Assembly: GCA_028279365.1 (NCBI GenBank)
Contig: JANQNX010000010.1
Span: 20,206 to 84,205, forward strand
Reading direction: 5' to 3'
DNA: 64,000 nt
From: Gammaproteobacteria bacterium
Lineage (GTDB): Bacteria > Pseudomonadota > Gammaproteobacteria > Eutrophobiales > Eutrophobiaceae
Both the position numbers and the translations under genes were made by a program. This document shows, in pieces, positions 59,438 to 64,000 of the stretch; position 1 is the stretch's first letter; each line of letters opens with the position of its first letter. The notes under the pieces were generated by a model. It searched no databases, was not told where the DNA came from, and was given only the letters and a program-made list of their open reading frames with translations.

Positions 59438-61918
59438 TTACTGTAATAATGACAGTACTAACTGTGGCTGAGAGTTGGCCTGTGACAAGATTGAGATACC
59501 TGCCTGTTGCAGGATCTGGGTTCTTGTCAACGCAGCTGTTTCAGCAGCAAAGTCGGCATCCTGAACTCGACTACGTGCAGCTGACAGGTTTTCTGCCGTT
59601 GTTGAAAGTGCGCTTACTACCGTTTCGAAACGACTCTGGAACGCACCAAGATCGGCTCGGGCCGAGTTAATGGTATCCAGTGCAGCGTCGACCGAGACAA
59701 TCGCAGCATTTGCACCTGAAACAGTACTGACATCGGTATTAGCAATAGTGACACCTGATGCTGAAGCGGCAGTCGTAGCTGCAGTTAAACCGGCATCAGC
59801 TGCTGCTGCGCCACCGACCACTAGATCAACACCATTTCTGGTTGTAATGCTGACCGAACCATATAGCGTTTGGTTTGATACACCGAAACCCTCGGCGCCA
59901 GCAGAATCTGCACCTGCTTCTATAATCTCAACATTACTACCATCTTCCTTGGTAATGGTAACGTTGCCGCCACCAAAGGTAGCGCTGTAACCATCCAGCT
60001 CACTGACCAATGCAGCAAGTTCAGTTCCGGTAATCTGACCGTTTGCACCTGATGTGGTGAAATCGATAGCGTTACCATCGATGGTCAGACTATACGTTGG
60101 AGCTACTGCTTCAGCTGCGGTGGTACCGTTGGTTGAGGTAGCAGAAGCCGCACCGCCTAAGGCACCTGCTTGACCTGCACCCGTTCCGGTGAAGTTACTG
60201 GTAATTGCTAATGAAGCATCTGAGCCATCTGCCTTGGTTAATACCAGGTCATTAGTTGCAATAGCACCAGACGTTATGCTGTAAGCGCCATTACTGTTGT
60301 TCACAAATGTTACAATGGCCGCATCCAGCTCGGCTGCCGTCGCTTGTGCGCCAACACCGCCAGCTTCTCTAAATACTTCCGCGCCGTCCAATGACAGTAC
60401 GAAATCATTATCGGTAATTTCTGCGGTACCGTTGGTAATATTATTGGTGCCTGTTGCAAAGTTAGCACCGGCAAAACCGCCGTCCGTACCAGAGAAGGTA
60501 TCAACAACGACTACGCTGAAATCTGCACCATCAGCTCGACTGAAGACGAGGTTACCACCGGCTGCCGTTCCAGCTACAGTAATACCTGCTGCGTTTAATG
60601 CAGCAGTGTTAGCTGTAATTTGAGTATCTACTTCAGCAGCAGTCACATCGTCAGGCGAAGTACCGGCAGCAATTGTGTTGGTACCAACAGCGAAATCTCC
60701 ACCAGCGAAACCACCAGCCGGGTTGTCAAAGGTGTTGGTGACAACAATATCAAACGATGCACCATCAGCTCGACTAAAGACAACGTTATCTGCAGCGAAG
60801 GTACCGGTAAAAGTAATACCTGCCGCATTTAACGCACCTGTCTGAGCCGTCAATGCTGCATCCAATCTTGTATCATCAATCGTCTCAGGAGTACCACCAC
60901 CTTGAGTCACATCGATCAAGGTTACACCATCAACAGTAATGGCAAATTGCTGACCATCTGTTTGTGATGTAGCATCGGTAAATGCACCGCTGGCACCAGC
61001 CGTAGCTGCTGTGTTAGGAGTAGATGTAAAAGTGAAAGCCTGCACGCCACCTACAGTTAATGAGTAGGTTTCAGTCGCACCACCTGCAGCTACCGCTGTA
61101 GTAAATGCACCGCCAGACGCTGTAGATGATGCAACTGCTGCTGCAGCTCTAGAGTTAGCTTGCGTGTATGCGCCGACGCTCAATGTCGTTGCCGTTTGCA
61201 CCGTAGCTGACTCAACGTTACCAAAAGCAACTGCCTGACTGTTAGTTGCCGTTGCAGTCACATCGTTTGATGCATTGTTGATCGCGGTTGCAATTGCCAA
61301 TGCATCACGTGCAGTAGGAGCAACAGCCTGACCATTAATCGTCAGGTCACCCGCATCAATAGCACCAGCAACAGCAGTACCGGTAACGGTAGCAACATTC
61401 GCCTGACCAATATCAGAAGTACGCGAACTGGCGATAGAAGATACGTTAATGGTTTCACCCGAATTCGCGCCAACCTGAAATTGTTGCGAAGTAAATGTGC
61501 CATCCAGCAACTTCACGCCGTTAAAACTGGAAGCGACCGCTAAACGATCAATTTCAGCAATTAACTGTGACGCTTCAGACTGAAGTGCGGCACGGTCAGT
61601 TGCGCTGTTGGTGGCGTTGGCAGATTGCACAGCCAGCTCACGAATACGTTGTAAGCTGTTGGTAATGGCTCCTAAATCACCTTCAGCAGTTTGCGCCAGT
61701 GAAATACCATCATTGGCATTTCGAGAAGCCTGGTTCAGGCCACGAATTTGCGCAGTAATTCGGTTTGAGATAGCAAGACCAGCAGCATCATCCTTGGCGC
61801 TGTTAATGCGAAGACCTGAAGAAAGTCTCTGCAATGAGGTTGCTAACTGTCCTCCCGTTTCACGCAGATTACGCTGCGCGTTCAAGGAAAGTATATTTGT
61901 ATTAATCACTTGTGACAT
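59438..61918 (-). CDS. fliC: Flagellin, unusually large (826 aa), with internal tandem duplication in the variable region
   Basis: Conserved N-terminal ([18 protein letters not shown]…) and C-terminal (…[26 protein letters not shown]) D0/D1 helices. About 500 aa A/T/G/S-rich insert. Confidence 0.9.
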   Translation of the reverse strand: MSQVINTNILSLNAQRNLRETGGQLATSLQRLSSGLRINSAKDDAAGLAISNRITAQIRGLNQASRNANDGISLAQTAEGDLGAITNSLQRIRELAVQSANATNSATDRAALQSEASQLIAEIDRLAVASSFNGVKLLDGTFTSQQFQVGANSGETINVSSIASSRTSDIGQANVATVTGTAVAGAIDAGDLTINGQAVAPTARDALAIATAINNASNDVTATATNSQAVAFGNVESATVQTATTLSVGAYTQANSRAAAAVASSTASGGAFTTAVAAGGATETYSLTVGGVQAFTFTSTPNTAATAGASGAFTDATSQTDGQQFAITVDGVTLIDVTQGGGTPETIDDTRLDAALTAQTGALNAAGITFTGTFAADNVVFSRADGASFDIVVTNTFDNPAGGFAGGDFAVGTNTIAAGTSPDDVTAAEVDTQITANTAALNAAGITVAGTAAGGNLVFSRADGADFSVVVVDTFSGTDGGFAGANFATGTNNITNGTAEITDNDFVLSLDGAEVFREAGGVGAQATAAELDAAIVTFVNNSNGAYSITSGAIATNDLVLTKADGSDASLAITSNFTGTGAGQAGALGGAASATSTNGTTAAEAVAPTYSLTIDGNAIDFTTSGANGQITGTELAALVSELDGYSATFGGGNVTITKEDGSNVEIIEAGADSAGAEGFGVSNQTLYGSVSITTRNGVDLVVGGAAAADAGLTAATTAASASGVTIANTDVSTVSGANAAIVSVDAALDTINSARADLGAFQSRFETVVSALSTTAENLSAARSRVQDADFAAETAALTRTQILQQAGISILSQANSQPQLVLSLLQ

Positions 61919-62015
61919 AGTTTCACTCCTATGTGTGGCACTTGCTTGTGTTTAGTGCCAGATAAATTATTTTTAGCAGATATAACGAAGACGCTATTCA
62001 CTGCTTCCAGATGGG

Positions 62016-62042
62016 TTATCGGAATAGGCTAAAATAACTTTA
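62016..62042 (-). promoter_or_regulatory. Sigma-28 (FliA) class promoter for flagellin
   Basis: Minus strand reads TAAAGTT-N13-CCGATAA (consensus TAAAGTTT-N11-GCCGATAA), about 100 nt upstream of the flagellin ATG. Confidence 0.65.
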
Positions 62043-62127
62043 GAGAAAATTAGGTTCAGTTTTGAACCTATTTCTGATGTGAAATTCTGCTCGGGAGTGA
62101 ACCTGAACAGTCGTTTAACTGTTTGAA

Positions 62128-63369
62128 TTAACTAAGAAAATTAAACAGTGATAAACCTTGCAGGCGGTTATAACTTAACTGTGCCGCTTCTATCGCGACC
62201 AGGCGCGACTGCAACTCAACAATAGCGGCAGTGTAATCCAGATCTTGAACACCGGATAAGGTAGTTTGCATATCGAGCCTGAATGCATCGTTGATACTGG
62301 TTTGATCGTCAATAGTTTTCAAACGCGCACCTAATTCGGCACGCACTTGAAATACATTCTCCAGTGCCAGATCAATATTCGCGATTGCCTGGTTGATACC
62401 GTTAAAGGTAGCTGACAAACCTGACTGGCCGGTTGCATCGCCCTCAAGCACGGATTGAAATTCCTGTAAGGTCGTAAAAATATCCTGCGACTGACTCGGC
62501 GTCACGGTAAATGTATCGCCAAGGGCAGGCGTGCCTGATATGGAAGTTTGGATGCCATTAAACTGAATGTCACCGCCTGACACATATTCCGGTGCGTCGT
62601 TAATGGCGTCTTGCGGTAGCGGTGGAATCACCTGGCCACTGTTAGCACCAACCACATTATAGGCAAGGTTGCCATTCGCATTGGTTACAAATGAAATCGT
62701 ATAGTCATCTACTACATAAGCCGTCGAATCGATCAAACTACCGATACTAAAAATTCCATCGCCGGTATTCGCATTGGAAAAATTCACCTGAAACGTACCA
62801 TTACCGTTTTTAATATCGACAAACAAATCGTGTCCGGAATCGCCATCCGGTATCTGTCTGCCTGATGATATTTGCAAGGCACGCTGCCCCTGATCACCAT
62901 GATAAATAAAGCCGCCATCTGCCGTCTGGCTGAATGGTCTGGTCGTCACTCGGTTACCGGAATACAGATACTCCTGATTGGAATCACGCGTATTAGCCAA
63001 ACCTAACAGTTCGCCAAGACGTTCCCTGACTTCCGCGGCCAATGCTTCGCGGTCGGTTTGTGACAAGGTTGAGTTACCGGCCTGTATCGCCAATTCGCGC
63101 ACGCGAATCAATGAGTTTTCTACTGCATTAATCGTCGACTCACTCAGTGCCAGACGATTTCTGGCAGTATCGGCATTTCGTTGATATTGGTCAGTAGTAG
63201 CAATCGCCTGATTCAGTCTGATGACCTGTGCGATACCGGTAGGATCATCAGAAGGTTTATTGATTCTTCGACCCGAAGCAACCTGTTCCTGTATGTCGGC
63301 AAGCTGTCGTTGCTGATCGAGAATCCCGTCAAGACCTCGTTGTACATAACTTGCTGTCGACACACGCAT
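62128..63369 (-). CDS. flgL: Flagellar hook-filament junction protein FlgL (HAP3)
   Basis: 413 aa. Flagellin-like N-terminal helix (…RINKPSDDPTGIAQVIRLNQ…) and C-terminal helix. Confidence 0.85.
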   Translation of the reverse strand: MRVSTASYVQRGLDGILDQQRQLADIQEQVASGRRINKPSDDPTGIAQVIRLNQAIATTDQYQRNADTARNRLALSESTINAVENSLIRVRELAIQAGNSTLSQTDREALAAEVRERLGELLGLANTRDSNQEYLYSGNRVTTRPFSQTADGGFIYHGDQGQRALQISSGRQIPDGDSGHDLFVDIKNGNGTFQVNFSNANTGDGIFSIGSLIDSTAYVVDDYTISFVTNANGNLAYNVVGANSGQVIPPLPQDAINDAPEYVSGGDIQFNGIQTSISGTPALGDTFTVTPSQSQDIFTTLQEFQSVLEGDATGQSGLSATFNGINQAIANIDLALENVFQVRAELGARLKTIDDQTSINDAFRLDMQTTLSGVQDLDYTAAIVELQSRLVAIEAAQLSYNRLQGLSLFNFLS

Positions 63370-63378
63370 AGTAATACC

Positions 63379-63981
63379 CTACCTAAATGTCGCAATCAGT
63401 GTCTGAAACAATTCATCGGCAACATTAATCAACTGCGCCGCCGCCGAATAAGATTGTTGAAAACGCAACAGATTCGCAGCTTCTTCATCCAGGTTAACAC
63501 CGGACACACTATCACGTGATTCACGCGTTTGTTCGACCAGCAGGTTTAATGCTTCGCTACTGATCTCGGACTGTCGAGTCCTGGCTCCCACGTCCGCTAT
63601 CATTTGTGCATAGGCTTCCTGAAATGTGGCAGACCCATCGAGCAAGGTCCGAGTCGATTGCAACTCTGCCAGCAATAATCCATTACTGTTATCACCGTCG
63701 GCACCAAGATTATTCTCAATGACAAAGCCATCCCCATCTTCAGGAAAACCGGAAATAGTAAACCGGGCATTGCCTGCAGATGGCAGCGTAAATTCAACGC
63801 CGGCATTATCATTGGCCGGGTTATATAACAGTACCCCGCCAGGTGGATTTGAAACCAGGAATCGACTGTTGGCTGCCTCGAATGTCAACGTGATCGGTTG
63901 TGATATCGGTATGCCTGATACTGTATCAATAGTGACATCACTAATGACGGCATTACCTATATTGGTCGGAATGCCTGCCAC
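63379..63981 (-). CDS. flgK: Flagellar hook-associated protein FlgK (HAP1), C-terminal 200 aa; N-terminus lies beyond the window edge
   Basis: C-terminal helical region (…SEALNLLVEQTRESRDSVSGVNLDEEAANLLRFQQSYSAAAQLINVADELFQTLIATFR) is typical of FlgK. Immediately upstream of flgL. Confidence 0.8.
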   Translation of the reverse strand: MAGIPTNIGNAVISDVTIDTVSGIPISQPITLTFEAANSRFLVSNPPGGVLLYNPANDNAGVEFTLPSAGNARFTISGFPEDGDGFVIENNLGADGDNSNGLLLAELQSTRTLLDGSATFQEAYAQMIADVGARTRQSEISSEALNLLVEQTRESRDSVSGVNLDEEAANLLRFQQSYSAAAQLINVADELFQTLIATFR

Positions 63982-64000
63982 ATTGGTTGCACTGCTTGAG

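Noticed and set aside
59670-60832. Several plus-strand ORFs (59670-59990, 60297-60623, 60620-60832) and a minus-strand one (60310-60507) inside the flagellin gene
   Set aside because: They lie antisense to, or frame-shifted within, a high-confidence flagellin CDS whose Ala/Thr/Gly-rich repetitive sequence suppresses stop codons in other frames. Shadow ORFs.
61933-61965. TGGCAC-N5-TTGC-like string (gtgtggcacttgcttgtg) read as a sigma-54 promoter
   Set aside because: It is on the plus strand pointing away from any gene, and the spacing does not fit. It is better explained as one arm of the TGGCAC…GTGCCA hairpin in the flagellin 5'UTR.

Overview
This 64 kb window is a chromosomal segment from a Gram-negative, most likely gammaproteobacterial genome. 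It is moderately AT-rich and carries several clearly lower-GC accessory insertions. All calls rest on reading motifs and gene order by eye; no database search or alignment was run.

From left to right the window contains:
(i) The K/E/N-rich tail of an upstream gene, then a GspD/MshL-family secretin lipoprotein (207-2378), an orphan BrnA/CopG-like small protein, and a UPF0104 (flippase-like) membrane protein.
(ii) A housekeeping dnaX-ybaB-recR operon on the minus strand. Its upstream spacer holds a recognisable SRP (4.5S/ffs) RNA gene, and a low-GC Cys-rich secreted protein gene of unknown function sits 6 nt after recR.
(iii) A co-directional minus-strand lipid locus (7.8-16.5 kb). It encodes a STAS protein, a MlaC/Ttg2D-like periplasmic lipid-binding protein, an RND/MMPL exporter (HpnN-like), and an OleB-like alpha/beta hydrolase. 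These are followed by an OleC-like AMP-dependent synthetase, an OleD-like 3beta-HSD/NAD epimerase-family reductase, an Sfp/EntD-type phosphopantetheinyl transferase and a SAM methyltransferase. No OleA thiolase, ACP or PKS/FAS gene is present in the window. This is my best candidate for an undescribed lipid or hydrocarbon biosynthesis-and-export system.
(iv) A HI0933-family flavoprotein, an MtdA/MtdB-like methylene-tetrahydromethanopterin dehydrogenase (hinting at H4MPT-linked C1 metabolism), and an FGE/SUMF1-family protein.
(v) A roughly 6 kb low-GC accessory patch next to tRNA-Ser(GGA). It holds a DoxX-like protein, small secreted and membrane proteins, an amidohydrolase, an HExxH protein, a degenerate-GGDEF/EAL protein and a receiver-only response regulator. 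A 600 bp structured intergenic region with a perfect 12 bp palindrome lies in this patch.
(vi) A contiguous 37 kb polar flagellum/chemotaxis regulon with Pseudomonas/Vibrio-like organisation, read along the minus strand. Gene order is flgK(partial)-flgL, flagellin, flaG-fliD-fliS-fliT-like, fleQ-fleS-fleR, fliEFGHIJ, fliKLMNOPQR-flhB, flhA-flhF-flhG-fliA, then cheY-cheZ-cheA-cheB-motC-motD-parA-cheW'-cheW and DUF2802. Sigma-54 promoters are readable upstream of fleS, fliK and fliL. A sigma-28 promoter and a rho-independent terminator flank an unusually large (826 aa) flagellin that carries an internal tandem duplication.

No CRISPR array, integrase or transposase was found.
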